A stretch of 64,000 bases of DNA from Bacteroidetes bacterium UBA2364 (GCA_002344075.1 DDTM01000058.1:21874-85873); one strand, 5' to 3'. Shown: positions 36,256 to 47,923, counted from the stretch's first letter. Notes: generated from the sequence alone by a model not told the origin. A program made the numbers and translations.

Positions 36256-36948
36256 ATGGAAGATATTATGCGTGTACTTTGGGTAACCCTCATTATTATT
36301 GTCACCGACCAATTGACCAAACTCCTGATTAAGGGTTCCGAGTTGTTTGGGATCAAAGGGATGCCGCTCGGTGAATCGGTGCCAGTTTTAGGTCAATGGT
36401 TTCGGCTAACTTTCACCGAAAACCCAGGAATGGCTTTTGGAATAGAAGTAGATTCCAAACTATTCCTAACACTTTTCGCATTAGTGGCAACGGTGCTTAT
36501 CCTTGTTTATCTTCTGCGGATGAAGCATGGGCATTGGGGATATCGTCTTAGTTTAGCCGCAATATTAGGCGGCGCTATCGGCAATCTCATTGACCGGACT
36601 TTTTATGGTGTATGGTATGGGTATGGCACACTCTTTCATGGAAATGTAGTGGATTTTATCCACTTTGATATTTGGCGTGGGATTGTACCAGATTGGGTTC
36701 CATTAATTGGGGGGCAATGGACGGCCTTGTTACCTGTCTGGAATGTAGCAGATATGGCCATTGTGGTTGGGGTTGTGGCCATTTTACTGTTTCAAGGGCG
36801 TTTCCACCGCTACGAAGTGGCACGACAACTGGCCGAAAAATCTCCAAATGCTGATCCAGAACCAGATACCATTGCTGGAAAAGATGCGGTACCAGACATT
36901 GAACCGATAGGCAAAACCCAAGAGTTGCCTAAGCCTAATGCAGGTTGA
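36256..36948 (+). CDS. lspA: Lipoprotein signal peptidase II
   Basis: FTENPGMAFG, GGAIGNLIDR, VVDFIHF and VWNVADMAIVVG. It has an unusual C-terminal tail of about 50 aa. The start could also be ATG 36268. Confidence 0.9.
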   Translation: MEDIMRVLWVTLIIIVTDQLTKLLIKGSELFGIKGMPLGESVPVLGQWFRLTFTENPGMAFGIEVDSKLFLTLFALVATVLILVYLLRMKHGHWGYRLSLAAILGGAIGNLIDRTFYGVWYGYGTLFHGNVVDFIHFDIWRGIVPDWVPLIGGQWTALLPVWNVADMAIVVGVVAILLFQGRFHRYEVARQLAEKSPNADPEPDTIAGKDAVPDIEPIGKTQELPKPNAG

Positions 36949-36976
36949 GCATTCATCATAGAAAATAAATATATCG

Positions 36977-37006
36977 AAACCCGCTGTTTTTTAGGTGGGT
37001 TTTTTT
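36977..37006 (+). terminator. Rho-independent terminator after lspA
   Basis: AAACCCGC, a 10-nt loop, GTGGGTTT (one G-U pair) and then a T-run, between convergent genes. Confidence 0.6.
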
Positions 37007-37016
37007 ATCACTGGTG

Positions 37017-39860
37017 TTACCAAGTTATCCGAATGGAGAAAGACGGCAAAAAAGGGATCAAATAACGAGATTTCTTGTCATATTGATTGGTAAGCGGATT
37101 ATAAATTAGTTTCCAATCCATAATATTTTTTCGATTGGTTACATTTAAAATATCAAACCGGAATTGGAGGTTGGCAGGCTTGGTAAGGAGGTAGGCAAGG
37201 CCAATATCAAGTTGCGAAAACAAAGGCAATCGGTCTTGACCGGGAGTCTGAAAGTCTATGCCATGTTTTTCCAAGAGCGGATTTAAGAAAGAAAGGTCGT
37301 CGTAATAAATGCTGCGGTATCCCCAAGAGCGCCCCCACTCGCCCTGCCAACGCAAGAGCAAGGTTAGGGTAGGTTGTGGCTGCCAGACGAGTCTGGCATC
37401 TGTTCTATGTGGACTACTCCAAGGTGTAGGTTGGAAAGTTTGATTAAATCGATCTGGGAAGAGGTAGCGCGTTTTCGTCCAGTCGTAGCGAAGGGTAAGG
37501 TGCCAAGGTTGGCGTTTAAAATCTCCTAAAATGCCCGCTCCGGTCGCTTTCCCTTTGCCCCATGATAGAAACTCAAACGATTGATCGCTGTTGAGAATGG
37601 GGCGATCGTGTAATAAATCGGATAATACGCGCCAGTTTGGCAAGGCAACATTGGAAAGCTCTTTATGATAGGTTTCGATACGGAATGTCCAAAAGTGATT
37701 GGTTTCAAATAATAGTTCAGAAGCGACATGAAGTGCGCCGGGAATACGAAGCCCAGATGCGCCCGTTGGATCACTGATTTCCGTTTGTTTCATATATACG
37801 GTAGCTGCGGGAGAATCCACAGGAATCCATACCCGTAGGCTGGGTAAAAAGCTATTGGTGCTATAGGTGCTTAGGTCAAACTGGCTTACAAATTGCCGAT
37901 ACTGGCCAATGGCCACACGTGCAACAATTTTTTTCCCCCAACCAATTTGGGGCTGCCAATACACCGCCAAGCGTGGTTCAGGGAAAAAAGCGGCTTTTTG
38001 CATAAAAAAGGTCCCTCTTAAACCGCCTTCTATCACAAAGTCCTGTCGAAAACGGAAGTGCTGTTCCATAGATCCATGCCAACGATTAGAACTTCCGTTG
38101 TAGCGGAATGGAAGGTTTTGATACCGAAGGTTGCTTCGGTTTTGGGTAAAACCCAATCGGAAAGACGATCTAAATTTTGGCTCCGGGAACCATTCAAAAA
38201 CTGTTTCAGCCGTTTTTTCTCTTACCTTGTTGCCATCCGAAACCGACATGTTAAAGTGATTTAGCGCATTTGCATCGCCTATTTTGATGGTATCTGAAAA
38301 ATTAGAAAGAGCATTGACAGGGGCGCCATATTGGTGGGCAAGATTGTATTGACTTAATTTTAGTTGAAGTGAAAATAAGGACTTGGCAGAAAGAATGGAT
38401 TGGAATCTTAGTTGTGCGGCAAGGGTATCCCAGCCATAGGACTCGCCTGCATCAAGTGTGCGATTGGCCGATACTACACCTGTATTGGATGTGATTTCTG
38501 AATGTTCCACAAATGCTTCCCTGTTACCAGATATGGCTTGCTTCCCCTTATAAAGAGAAGCCCGAACCGTATTTGATCCGCGCCATTGTAAACGAAAAGC
38601 GGTGTGCAAGTCCGAAAAATACACCATAGGTTTAGCGGCGGAAGTGATACTGGCAATATTTAAGGCATCAAAATTTGGAATAAAAGTGGGAATAACGGGA
38701 GGTGGAGCCTGCGAAAGCAAGGATGAAGAAGCCACCAATGGATCACTTGCAGACCACTCTTGTAGCAGATGGGTAATTGTTTTAGATTGGATTAGGGGTG
38801 AAAGAGCGGTGCGAGCAGCCGTCATTACGGTCCAACTTCTGTTTGGATCTATTTTACCATATACATATCGTACATGAGCGGCGAGTGGCTCAATATGGGT
38901 GGTTAACTCCCCACCGTCCTTCAGTGGAAGCAAATGGTCGTATTGAACCACGCCCGCAAGGGAACTTCCGCCTGCAACGCCAAATCCAGCTTTCTGCACA
39001 GTGACTCGCCCTAATGCATAAGGACTAAACGGCCCAATGACTTGGGCCAGAGGAAGTGGTGTATAAACTGGCGTATCGTCTAATAGAATTTGATGATCGC
39101 CAGAGTCGCCACCCTGAAGATGTAGCCCAGAGGTAAAGGCATCTTTTCTGACACCTTGAAGTGTAGCGGTTGTTTCCCAGATTTGGCCTGCCTGAGAAAC
39201 AGGAATGCTTTTAAATACTTCTTCAAATGTTTTATTTACGGTCAGTTGGTCTGCGGGTAAGATCCCTTGTATGCCCTCAATAATTACTGGCAAGAGAGTT
39301 GTTGGGGTTGGGCGTAACACAATTCTTTCTGGTTGCTGTGCATCGGTAGAGACACTAATTTTCTGGCGATGCGCTTCATAGCCAACATATGTAATTAATA
39401 AATTGTATTCACCGGGCAATAGCTTAGGAATTGAGAACAAGCCATCCCTATTGGTTTGTACGCCTACGCCTGCATCGGCAAGTAAAACGGAAGCAAAAGG
39501 TAGCGGAGAACCGGAGTCTGCATCTTCTACTTGTCCATAAAAAGCGCCATACGTGATTTCGGCTTTTGCTGATCGGGAAAGCACATAGGTTCCTGAAGAT
39601 AAGCGGTAAAAGTCAAGTCCGGTTTCTTTTAAAATACATTCCAGAAGTTGTTCCGGTAACGCCTCACGGATAAAGCAGAAAGTCCTTTTCGATAGAACCA
39701 AGTCGGGATCATAGGCCAATTCTAATTTGGTGAGATTGACCAATCTTTGTAATGCGATATTCAAAGGTTCGTCTTGTGTAACGAAAGTAAAACGGGCATT
39801 TTGTGCAGATAAGGTTGCTGGCAAAACGCAAAAGGCGATCAAAATGAACCTTTGGAGCAT
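37017..39860 (-). CDS. TonB-dependent receptor/transducer with N-terminal STN signalling domain and CarboxypepD_reg domain
   Basis: Signal peptide ending LSAQ. STN-like FVTQDEPLNIALQRLVNLTKLELAYDPDLV. CarboxypepD_reg GQVEDADSGSPLPFASVLLADAGVGVQTNRDGLFSIPKLLPGEYNLLITYVGY. A long barrel ends in SFSIRITW. It lies downstream of fecR and the ECF sigma. Confidence 0.8.
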   Translation of the reverse strand: MLQRFILIAFCVLPATLSAQNARFTFVTQDEPLNIALQRLVNLTKLELAYDPDLVLSKRTFCFIREALPEQLLECILKETGLDFYRLSSGTYVLSRSAKAEITYGAFYGQVEDADSGSPLPFASVLLADAGVGVQTNRDGLFSIPKLLPGEYNLLITYVGYEAHRQKISVSTDAQQPERIVLRPTPTTLLPVIIEGIQGILPADQLTVNKTFEEVFKSIPVSQAGQIWETTATLQGVRKDAFTSGLHLQGGDSGDHQILLDDTPVYTPLPLAQVIGPFSPYALGRVTVQKAGFGVAGGSSLAGVVQYDHLLPLKDGGELTTHIEPLAAHVRYVYGKIDPNRSWTVMTAARTALSPLIQSKTITHLLQEWSASDPLVASSSLLSQAPPPVIPTFIPNFDALNIASITSAAKPMVYFSDLHTAFRLQWRGSNTVRASLYKGKQAISGNREAFVEHSEITSNTGVVSANRTLDAGESYGWDTLAAQLRFQSILSAKSLFSLQLKLSQYNLAHQYGAPVNALSNFSDTIKIGDANALNHFNMSVSDGNKVREKTAETVFEWFPEPKFRSSFRLGFTQNRSNLRYQNLPFRYNGSSNRWHGSMEQHFRFRQDFVIEGGLRGTFFMQKAAFFPEPRLAVYWQPQIGWGKKIVARVAIGQYRQFVSQFDLSTYSTNSFLPSLRVWIPVDSPAATVYMKQTEISDPTGASGLRIPGALHVASELLFETNHFWTFRIETYHKELSNVALPNWRVLSDLLHDRPILNSDQSFEFLSWGKGKATGAGILGDFKRQPWHLTLRYDWTKTRYLFPDRFNQTFQPTPWSSPHRTDARLVWQPQPTLTLLLRWQGEWGRSWGYRSIYYDDLSFLNPLLEKHGIDFQTPGQDRLPLFSQLDIGLAYLLTKPANLQFRFDILNVTNRKNIMDWKLIYNPLTNQYDKKSRYLIPFLPSFSIRITW

Positions 39861-39882
39861 TGTACTTTATGGTGTGTTGTAT

Positions 39883-40830
39883 TTATTCTGAAATCAATTC
39901 ATAACCATCTTTGGTAGGGCGATATCGGAGGCCAGCAGAATTACAAAGGTCGTTTAAAACAGATTCAACGTCTTCTCTCCGTCCTAATAGAAGGGTATGC
40001 CGTTTTTTCTGAATGGCAGGAGGAACGTGAATGGGTACATTAAATCTACGACTGAGTTCGTTTGTAATATGACCAATTGGTTCGTTGGTAAATGCTAAGC
40101 GGTACGTTTGCCAAGCGAGTGCATCGGCCTTCGCCTTCTTCCGAGGTGTGTCTGGTTTACTTGTGGTCATTTCGGATGATTCACCAGGAGCCAAGATGAC
40201 CTCATTCGATCTGTTGTGGTTGGAAAATGCCACTTTACCCTCTTCCAAAAAAACCGATGTTGCTGGTTCGATGTCATCCGGACGGACACGCACATTAAAT
40301 TTGGTTCCCATGACAAGAATTTGTGCATTAAACGTTTGGACGATGAACGGCTTGTTGGATTTTGTTACCGAAAAGAATCCTTCCCCGATTAATTGTACGG
40401 TACGACTTTGTTCCCCAAAATCACTTGCAATTTCCAAGACCGATCCGCTATTGAGGAAAACCTCCGAACCATCAGGTAGTTGAATGGTTTTTTGTTCGGC
40501 GTTTTGCGCCAATACACGGGTGGGTTCGGGTATAACATCAGAAGGTTGCCAAAAAGCAAGTACACTGACCAAAATGGCAATTGTAGCCGCCACGCCATAG
40601 GGCCAATATCGGCGAATGGGGTGTATCCGTACAATTTCCGGTGTCGTTCGAGGCGCCATTTTGTTCCAGATGGTTTCCATCCGATGCGGGTCGGGATTGG
40701 GTAACGCATGTGTGGCATGTACAGAAAGTTCCCAGAGCGCAGAAAGGTCTGTCGCCAGAGGAGCCGGTTTTTGGCGAATCCATTCGTGTATCATGTCTTT
40801 TTCTGGTTCGTGTGTATCATGTGGTATCAT
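39883..40830 (-). CDS. FecR-family anti-sigma factor
   Basis: One TM helix (WPYGVAATIAILVSVLAFW). FecR-like periplasmic domain (LPDGSEVFLNSGSVLE, GEGFFSV, FIVQT, VMGTKFNV). There is a 4-nt overlap with the sigma-factor gene. Confidence 0.8.
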   Translation of the reverse strand: MIPHDTHEPEKDMIHEWIRQKPAPLATDLSALWELSVHATHALPNPDPHRMETIWNKMAPRTTPEIVRIHPIRRYWPYGVAATIAILVSVLAFWQPSDVIPEPTRVLAQNAEQKTIQLPDGSEVFLNSGSVLEIASDFGEQSRTVQLIGEGFFSVTKSNKPFIVQTFNAQILVMGTKFNVRVRPDDIEPATSVFLEEGKVAFSNHNRSNEVILAPGESSEMTTSKPDTPRKKAKADALAWQTYRLAFTNEPIGHITNELSRRFNVPIHVPPAIQKKRHTLLLGRREDVESVLNDLCNSAGLRYRPTKDGYELISE

Positions 40831-41387
40831 AAAGCAGGGCCTCCAATCATTGCAAGCACTTTTTGACGTAGTTCGGTGAGTGCAAACCCCAAATGGTTGT
40901 TAACCGTTCGTGGGGATATATTTAAGATGGTCGCAATTTCATCGTGGCTCAGGCCGTCGTGGCGGCTTAGCATAAAGACCTCTCGGCGCCTTTCGGGCAA
41001 TTCGGCAATCCAGCCAGATAATTTTTCCTGAATTACTTTTGTGTCAATTTGATTCATAATGCTTAATTCGTCGTCTCCCATAGGTTCGGGTACCGATTCC
41101 CAATTGGTCATCTTTTTTTGATGATCTCGAATGTGGTTCAGCGCTCGATTGCGGGTCATTTGATAAAGCAAGGCTTTCAGAGAACGGCCCTCATCCAATG
41201 TATTCCGCACTTCCCAGAGTTTGGTAAACACTTCTTGTACCACATCGTAAGCGACCTCGTTGTCCCGAATGAGCAAGACGGTATAGCGATACAAAGGGGT
41301 GTAAAACGCCTCGAACAAGGCTCGGAAAGCCTCTCGATCAGAATTTCGGATGTTCCGGCTCCATACTTGGATGGTTTCTGGCGACAT
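40827..41387 (-). CDS. ECF (sigma-70 family, group 4) sigma factor
   Basis: Region 2 is FRALFEAFYTPLYRYTVLLIRDNEVAYDVVQEVFTKLW. Region 4 is ELPERRREVFMLSRHDGLSHDEIATILNISPRTVNNHL. Confidence 0.9.
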   Translation of the reverse strand: MSPETIQVWSRNIRNSDREAFRALFEAFYTPLYRYTVLLIRDNEVAYDVVQEVFTKLWEVRNTLDEGRSLKALLYQMTRNRALNHIRDHQKKMTNWESVPEPMGDDELSIMNQIDTKVIQEKLSGWIAELPERRREVFMLSRHDGLSHDEIATILNISPRTVNNHLGFALTELRQKVLAMIGGPAL

Positions 41388-41484
41388 GTTCTTGTTTGGC
41401 GTTTAGCGTATTACACCGCTTAATTAGGTTGTGACCAATGAGGGTATTTATGGGGTAAGTATGAAACATGAGGGCAGTAAAGCT

Positions 41485-41522
41485 AAAAAACGCATTACCG
41501 TATAGTTATACCAGTAATGCGT
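41485..41522 (-). terminator. Rho-independent terminator of the DUF1080 gene (minus strand)
   Basis: Perfect 9-bp stem ACGCATTAC (41490-41498) paired with GTAATGCGT (41514-41522). On the minus strand it is followed by a T-run (the A-run 41485-41489 on plus). Confidence 0.7.
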
Positions 41523-41541
41523 AAGAAAAGCCATTTAGGTT

Positions 41542-42279
41542 CTAAAGCGGACGAATCCAGATATTGCGGAAACTTATCGGATTGCCATGGTCTTGTAGGC
41601 GGAGCGGGGCTTCTCCGTGTGCTTTAATAAGAGGTGGCCCGATATACTCGGTGGTTCCCTGGATCTCGGTATGGTTTTGGACCACAACGCCATTATGAAT
41701 AACGGTTACGTAAGGTGGTGTGAGCATAGAGCCATTTGCCCGAAACGTTGGAGCCGTATAAATAATGTCGTAGGTTTGCCACTCACCCATCGGATTCATG
41801 GCATTCACCAGTGGTGGCGTTTGTTTATAGATACTACCAGCCTGCCCATTGGCATAAGTCCTATTTTCATAAGAGTTTAGGATTTGTACTTCGTAGCGAT
41901 CTTGTAAGAAAATGCCGCTATTCCCACGCCCTTGTCCTTTGAGGTTGAGCGATTCTATGGGTGTACGCCATTCTATGTGCAACTGAAAACTCCCGAAAGA
42001 AGCCTTCGTCCAAATGTCGCCAGAGCCGCCTTTAACTGTCAGAAGGCCCTCTTTTAGTTCCCATTTTGGTGGATTTCCGTTTTTGTCGCGGAAACCGTCG
42101 AGAGAAGTGCCGTCGAAGATCACCACTGCATCCGAGGGTGGTTTGGGGCCATTTCCGGGTTTCACCACCCGAGGTTCTGGCTCCCATTGTTCCGTCTGCT
42201 CAGGCTTGGTGAGGTCGGTTTGGGCAAAGAGGATAAAGGGGAATAGAAAGAGGCCAAAGGCCAATAACACGCTTTTCAT
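41542..42279 (-). CDS. DUF1080 (3-keto-disaccharide-hydrolase-like) secreted protein
   Basis: Signal peptide. WELKEGLLTV, GDIWTKASFGSFQLHIEWR, GNSGIFLQDRYEVQILNSY, GEWQTYDIIY and LRLQDHGNPISFRNIWIRPL. Confidence 0.8.
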   Translation of the reverse strand: MKSVLLAFGLFLFPFILFAQTDLTKPEQTEQWEPEPRVVKPGNGPKPPSDAVVIFDGTSLDGFRDKNGNPPKWELKEGLLTVKGGSGDIWTKASFGSFQLHIEWRTPIESLNLKGQGRGNSGIFLQDRYEVQILNSYENRTYANGQAGSIYKQTPPLVNAMNPMGEWQTYDIIYTAPTFRANGSMLTPPYVTVIHNGVVVQNHTEIQGTTEYIGPPLIKAHGEAPLRLQDHGNPISFRNIWIRPL

Positions 42280-42428
42280 TGCACTTTGGGGTTAGGATTG
42301 GTAGAAAAACAGAAAGTACGATCAAGGCCATAGTAAAATCAATGAATTGGGAAACGAAAGATGCCATTGAAACCCGTCTTGATGGGCTTATATTGCAGGG
42401 TTGCTTATCAAGTGAAAAATAACACACG

Positions 42429-43733
42429 ATGAATTACCCAAAGTATTCAAAAGACACCCGAACAATTGCACCGGGCGACTGGTACGTGGCCATTCGGGGT
42501 GAGGTCTTTGATGGCCATAAATTTATTCCAGACGCCATTGCGAAGGGGGCAGTTGGGGTCATTACCGAAGATGAATTTCAGGCAGGTTTGCCTGAAATTA
42601 CCGTGGTGCGGGTGGAAAATGCGATAGAGCATCTGGTGAAACTTGCGCAAGAAAGAATCCAACTATTGAACCCGAAAATCATAGGCATTACTGGATCGGT
42701 GGGGAAAACCAGTACACGCACGGCAATGGCACATGTTCTCGCTGCGGAATTTCCGGTGGTGGTTCCAGAGGGAAACTTAAATACACCACTCGGACTTGCC
42801 CTTACGATTCTGAATGGACTTACACAGGACAACAGCGTTATGGTGTTGGAAATGGGTGCGCGTTTTGTAGGGGATATTGCGGAACTCACGACGGCGTTTC
42901 GTCCCGACGTCAGTTTTGTCACAACGGTGCAAGGTGTTCATTTAGAGACTTTTGGTAATATAGAAAACATTGCACACGAGAAGGGGATGATCGTGGAAGC
43001 GCTCGAGTCTGATGGGATTGCGTGTCTGAATTACGACGACCCCCGTGTACGTGAGATGAAAGCACGATGTAAAGGGCGTGTTTTGTTTTATTCCGCACAC
43101 GAAGAAGCGGTTGATTTGCCCGCCTCGCTTATTCCTAAACCGTATCCTTTACTGGGAGGACATGCCATATACACCATGTTGGCTGCCTATGCCGCAGGGT
43201 TTGCGTTGGGAATGGATCGTGAAATCATTTTAAAACAAATTACAACACTCCGTACCGAGAAAGGTCGTCTTTCCAAATTACCTGCGCAAAATGGCGGCAT
43301 ACTGATTGATGATACGTATAACGCTTCTCCGGTTGCCACACTCAGTGCTTTGCGGCTACTGGCCGAGATGCCCGGAAGACGTATTGCTTGCCTCGGAGAC
43401 ATGCTTGAACTGGGTGAGGAAGAAGCGGAAGGCCACGAGTTGGTAGTGAAAGAGGCGGTAGAGTCGGCTGAAATTTGTTGTTTAGTTGGGCCGCGTTTTC
43501 AGTCGTCTGTCACAACTTTGGGATTAGATGGGATCTATTGGTTCCCTGACTCTAAGGCATTGGCAGCGGCTATTTCTAAAGGAGAGGTCTTCAATTTGTC
43601 GTCGGGTGATGTGGTTTTGGTGAAAGGCTCACAAGGCCTACGCATGGAACGAGTTGCAGAAGTGGTACTGGATCCTGCCTGCAACCCAGCAGATGTTTTA
43701 GTCCGGCAAGAAATGGCTTGGAAAGCCAAATAA
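42429..43733 (+). CDS. murF: UDP-N-acetylmuramoyl-tripeptide--D-alanyl-D-alanine ligase
   Basis: Mur-ligase P-loop GITGSVGKTSTR, DDTYNASP and GDMLELG. Confidence 0.85.
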   Translation: MNYPKYSKDTRTIAPGDWYVAIRGEVFDGHKFIPDAIAKGAVGVITEDEFQAGLPEITVVRVENAIEHLVKLAQERIQLLNPKIIGITGSVGKTSTRTAMAHVLAAEFPVVVPEGNLNTPLGLALTILNGLTQDNSVMVLEMGARFVGDIAELTTAFRPDVSFVTTVQGVHLETFGNIENIAHEKGMIVEALESDGIACLNYDDPRVREMKARCKGRVLFYSAHEEAVDLPASLIPKPYPLLGGHAIYTMLAAYAAGFALGMDREIILKQITTLRTEKGRLSKLPAQNGGILIDDTYNASPVATLSALRLLAEMPGRRIACLGDMLELGEEEAEGHELVVKEAVESAEICCLVGPRFQSSVTTLGLDGIYWFPDSKALAAAISKGEVFNLSSGDVVLVKGSQGLRMERVAEVVLDPACNPADVLVRQEMAWKAK

Positions 43734-43777
43734 GTCTTTTAAAGATAAGTATATATTCTTTTTAAATAAGTATATTC

Positions 43778-44485
43778 ATGCATCAAGAATACATTAAGTG
43801 GCATAGCGCTTCTTTGGGGCGCGACATGGAAATAATCCGGTTTGGCCATGCCGGAACACCGTTGCTCGTTTTCCCTTCCAGCATGGGGCGTTATTATGAA
43901 TGGCGGGATTTTGGGATGATGGATGCTATGGGCGCACAAATTCTCAATGGCCAGAACCAAGTTTTTTGTGTGGACTCGGTGGATCGGGAAAGTTTTTACA
44001 ACCGAAATACAAACCCCTATGTACGCATCAAACGCCATCAACAATATGAACAATATATCTTAAATGAAGTTGTGCCGATGATTCGTTCCACATCTAAGCA
44101 CGATTTTATTATGGTGAGTGGTGCAAGTTTTGGGGCATATCATGCAGCGGATATGGTGTTTAAATTCCCATGGGCATTTGGGAAACTCATTGCGCTGAGT
44201 GGTGCATTTGATATCAAGATATTCATGGATGGTTTTTATGATAATAATGTCTATTTTTCCAATCCGCCCGACTTTTTGAGTGGAAATTTAGAGGGGGATT
44301 TATTGAATAAAATCAGAAAATTGCATCTCATTTTTGCATTAGGAGAACATGATCCATGTCGTGAAGCCAATGAGCGTATGAGTCGGATTCTGCATGAAAA
44401 GGGAATTGGCCATACATTAGAGGTTTGGGAAGGGTTTGGACATGACTGGCCGTGGTGGCATAAAATGCTTGTAAAACACCTTTAA
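43778..44485 (+). CDS. Esterase-family alpha/beta hydrolase
   Basis: LVFPSSMGRYYEW, GASFGAYHA (nucleophile-elbow-like) and a late GHDWPWW. General resemblance to the putative-esterase family. Confidence 0.55.
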   Translation: MHQEYIKWHSASLGRDMEIIRFGHAGTPLLVFPSSMGRYYEWRDFGMMDAMGAQILNGQNQVFCVDSVDRESFYNRNTNPYVRIKRHQQYEQYILNEVVPMIRSTSKHDFIMVSGASFGAYHAADMVFKFPWAFGKLIALSGAFDIKIFMDGFYDNNVYFSNPPDFLSGNLEGDLLNKIRKLHLIFALGEHDPCREANERMSRILHEKGIGHTLEVWEGFGHDWPWWHKMLVKHL

Positions 44486-44554
44486 GGTAAATTCCACGAC
44501 AACGGTATGCGAATGCTGTATGTTATCATTTTTGGAAGCGCTTTTTAAACCAAT

Positions 44555-47500
44555 ATGAGCCAATTCCCTTTACGATTTGTAACGGCTACGAGCCTCTTTG
44601 ACGGACATGATGCCGCCATTAATATCATGCGCCGGATTCTTCAGGATCATGGTGTGGAGGTCATTCATCTTGGTCATGACCGTTCAGTAGCGGATATTGT
44701 TCAGACAGCCATTCAAGAAGATGCGGATGCCGTTGCTGTCTCTTCTTATCAGGGCGGTCATATGGAGTTCTTTCGGTATATGTACGATGAGTTCCAACGA
44801 CTGGGAGCGACACATATTCGGATTTTTGGAGGGGGGGGCGGTGTCATTGTACCAGACGAAATTGCAATTTTGCAAGCCTATGGAATTGCCCGCATTTTTT
44901 CGCCCGAAGATGGAATGAAGATGGGCTTAGAAGGAATGATTGTGCATATGATCGAAGATTGTCGTGAAAATGGGAAACGAAGTAAAAATATATCTAACAT
45001 TGTAGATGAACGATGGTTAAATTTGGCGCATACCCTAACCCTGCTGGAGCAAGGAAAACGGTTTTCTTTGCCTGAACATACGCAAAGAAAACCAGTCTTA
45101 GGCATTACGGGCACGGGTGGTGCAGGGAAATCTACCTTGACGGATGAATTGGTTAACCGCTTCTTAACCGATTTTTCCGACCGTTCGGTGGCGGTATTAT
45201 CGGTAGATCCAACCCAATCACGGACGGGTGGTGCGTTGCTGGGGGACCGCATCCGAATGAATGCGGCTTATGGGGCTTTTGCCCCGCGTGTTTATATGCG
45301 CTCCTTTGCCACACGAACCGCACACCGAGCCGTAACCGACACACTAAAGGAGGCGATCTCCGCTTGTCAGACCTCTGGTTTTGATCTGGTGATCTTAGAA
45401 ACAGCTGGTATCGGGCAATCGGATACAGAAATTAAAGATTTTGCTGATATTACGCTTTATGTGATGACGGCAGAATTTGGTGCACCGACGCAGTTAGAAA
45501 AAATCGGAATGTTAGATGCGGCTGACCTCATTGCGCTTAATAAATTCGAGAAAAAAGGGGCCGAAGATGCATTACGCGATATTCGTAAACAGGTACAAAG
45601 AAACCGAAAGGCATGGGATCAACCCTTAGAGAAAATGCCGGTTTATCCGACAATGGCTTCCCATTTTGCAGATCCGGGAGTGAGCAAATTGTATTTGGCG
45701 ATTTTGCAGCAATTGGCAAAAAAAACTGATCCAAAGGTGATGTGGCATTCCTACAGCTTTGCAGGATTGGAAAATGTGGAGGTGCATTCTGGGAAAAACC
45801 AATTGATCCCGCCCAAGCGTACCCGATATTTGGGCGAAATTGCAGAGTCTGTACGGTCGTATCATGAATGGTTGGAAAAACAGGTCTCTATTGCTCGAAA
45901 CTGGGGGCAAGCGCTGGGAACAAAGAAGCAATTAGAGAACTGGTCTCCAGAAGACAAAGCCCTTTTGTTGGCGAGGTTAGACGAAATGGTTGCATATTGG
46001 TGGGGTAAATTAGACTATATTTGTCAGCAAATTCTATTGAACTGGGACAAAATGGCGGTTCAATATCGTCAAGAAGAGTCGGTTTATAAAGTGCGGGAGC
46101 GCGAAGTACGGACACCACAATTTTCTACATCATTATCTGGACTTAAAATTCCGCGTGTGTCATTGCCTCGGATGGAAGATGCCGGAGAACGATTGCGGTT
46201 TGCCCTTAAAGAAAATATACCTGGCTTTTTTCCTTATACAGCGGGTGTTTTTCCGTTTAAGCGTACCAATGAAGACCCTACGCGCATGTTTGCCGGTGAA
46301 GGAGGGCCAGAACGCACGAACAAACGGTTCCATCTGCTCTCTCAGGGAATGCCTGCTAAAAGGCTTTCTACGGCGTTTGACTCGGTTACACTCTATGGTC
46401 GGGATCCGCATGAACGACCAGATATCTATGGGAAAATCGGGAATGCTGGGGTATCCATTGCTACCTTAGACGATATGAAAAAGCTCTATTCGGGCTTTGA
46501 TTTGTGTGATCCTACCACGAGCGTATCCATGACCATCAATGGCCCAGCCCCGATGATACTGGCGATGTTTATGAATACGGCAATAGACCAGCAAGTAGAA
46601 AAATATTTGCGTACATCTGGTCAATGGGAAGCCGTAGAAATATGGAAGACATCGCAAAACAGAATCGTCCATTATATTCCGTATGATGCAGACTTATTGC
46701 CCGAAGGCCACGATGGAAGCGGATTAGGGCTTCTGGGGTTATCGGCTGAAGAATTGGTAGGTGCTGGTTTTCTGACGGCAGGTCAGTATGCCGAGATTAA
46801 GGCGCGTACTTTACAGGCCGTGCGAGGGACTGTACAGGCGGATATTCTTAAAGAAGATCAGGCGCAGAATACCTGTATATTTAGTACGGAGTTTGGCTTA
46901 CGAATGATGGGTGATGTCCAGCAATACTTCATAGATCATCAAGTACGTAACTACTACTCGGTATCCATCTCTGGCTATCACATTGCGGAAGCAGGAGCGA
47001 ATCCCATCTCTCAACTTGCATTCACGCTATCCAATGGGTTTACCTTATTGGAATATTATCGTTCACGAGGGATGAATATAGATGATGTTGCACCGAATTT
47101 CTCGTTCTTTTTTTCCAATGGTTTAGACCCGGAATATACCGTTATCGGACGGGTTGCGCGACGCATTTGGGCGATTGCTCTGCGCACTTTATATGGGGCA
47201 AACGAACGAAGCCAGAAACTAAAATACCACATCCAAACGTCCGGCAGAAGCCTACACGCACAGGAAATTCAGTTTAACGATATTCGTACCACGCTTCAGG
47301 CATTATTGGCGATATACGATCATTGTAACTCCCTTCATACCAATGCCTACGATGAGGCCATTACCACACCCACCGAAGAGTCTGTACGCCGTGCTATGGC
47401 CATTCAACTCATTATTAACCGAGAACTTGGATTGGCCAAAAACGAAAATCCCTTACAAGGTTCCTTTATCGTAGAAGAACTCACGGACTTGGTGGAGGAA

Positions 47501-47923
47501 GCCGTTTTGCAAGAATTTGAACGGATTTCGGATCGCGGCGGCGTGCTGGGTGCGATGGAAACGATGTACCAACGTGGTAAGATTCAGGAAGAAAGCTTGT
47601 ACTATGAATACCTAAAACATGCTGGAACACTTCCTATTATCGGTGTAAATATCTTTAAACCTAAAAAAGGAATATCTGAAGAGCTGGTAGTTCCGCTTAT
47701 GAGATCCACAGATGCCGAGAAACAACAACAACTTCAAAATCTACACCACTTTCACGACCGAAACCAAGTGAGTGCAGACCAAGCGTTGGCAGAACTCAAA
47801 CAGGTAGCTCTTTCGGGGGGAAATATCTTTGCTGAACTAATGGAAACAGTTAAGGTATGTAGCCTTGGTCAAGTCTCAGAGGCTCTCTTTGAAGTAGGAG
47901 GGCGCTATCGCCGTAATATGTAA
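44555..47923 (+). CDS. icmF: Fused isobutyryl-CoA mutase (B12-binding domain + MeaB-like G-protein + mutase catalytic domain)
   Basis: N-terminal B12 domain [33 protein letters not shown]-loop [13 protein letters not shown] with LNKFE. C-terminal acyl-CoA mutase barrel ([17 protein letters not shown]). 1122 aa. It is unrelated to the T6SS IcmF/TssM family despite the shared name. Confidence 0.85.
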   Translation: MSQFPLRFVTATSLFDGHDAAINIMRRILQDHGVEVIHLGHDRSVADIVQTAIQEDADAVAVSSYQGGHMEFFRYMYDEFQRLGATHIRIFGGGGGVIVPDEIAILQAYGIARIFSPEDGMKMGLEGMIVHMIEDCRENGKRSKNISNIVDERWLNLAHTLTLLEQGKRFSLPEHTQRKPVLGITGTGGAGKSTLTDELVNRFLTDFSDRSVAVLSVDPTQSRTGGALLGDRIRMNAAYGAFAPRVYMRSFATRTAHRAVTDTLKEAISACQTSGFDLVILETAGIGQSDTEIKDFADITLYVMTAEFGAPTQLEKIGMLDAADLIALNKFEKKGAEDALRDIRKQVQRNRKAWDQPLEKMPVYPTMASHFADPGVSKLYLAILQQLAKKTDPKVMWHSYSFAGLENVEVHSGKNQLIPPKRTRYLGEIAESVRSYHEWLEKQVSIARNWGQALGTKKQLENWSPEDKALLLARLDEMVAYWWGKLDYICQQILLNWDKMAVQYRQEESVYKVREREVRTPQFSTSLSGLKIPRVSLPRMEDAGERLRFALKENIPGFFPYTAGVFPFKRTNEDPTRMFAGEGGPERTNKRFHLLSQGMPAKRLSTAFDSVTLYGRDPHERPDIYGKIGNAGVSIATLDDMKKLYSGFDLCDPTTSVSMTINGPAPMILAMFMNTAIDQQVEKYLRTSGQWEAVEIWKTSQNRIVHYIPYDADLLPEGHDGSGLGLLGLSAEELVGAGFLTAGQYAEIKARTLQAVRGTVQADILKEDQAQNTCIFSTEFGLRMMGDVQQYFIDHQVRNYYSVSISGYHIAEAGANPISQLAFTLSNGFTLLEYYRSRGMNIDDVAPNFSFFFSNGLDPEYTVIGRVARRIWAIALRTLYGANERSQKLKYHIQTSGRSLHAQEIQFNDIRTTLQALLAIYDHCNSLHTNAYDEAITTPTEESVRRAMAIQLIINRELGLAKNENPLQGSFIVEELTDLVEEAVLQEFERISDRGGVLGAMETMYQRGKIQEESLYYEYLKHAGTLPIIGVNIFKPKKGISEELVVPLMRSTDAEKQQQLQNLHHFHDRNQVSADQALAELKQVALSGGNIFAELMETVKVCSLGQVSEALFEVGGRYRRNM

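Noticed and set aside
44555-47923. A second IcmF in the window, considered as possibly linked to the secretion locus.
   Set aside because: It is a name coincidence only. This protein is the fused isobutyryl-CoA mutase (B12 domain, MeaB-like GTPase, mutase barrel). It is unrelated to TssM/IcmF and sits among branched-chain catabolism genes.
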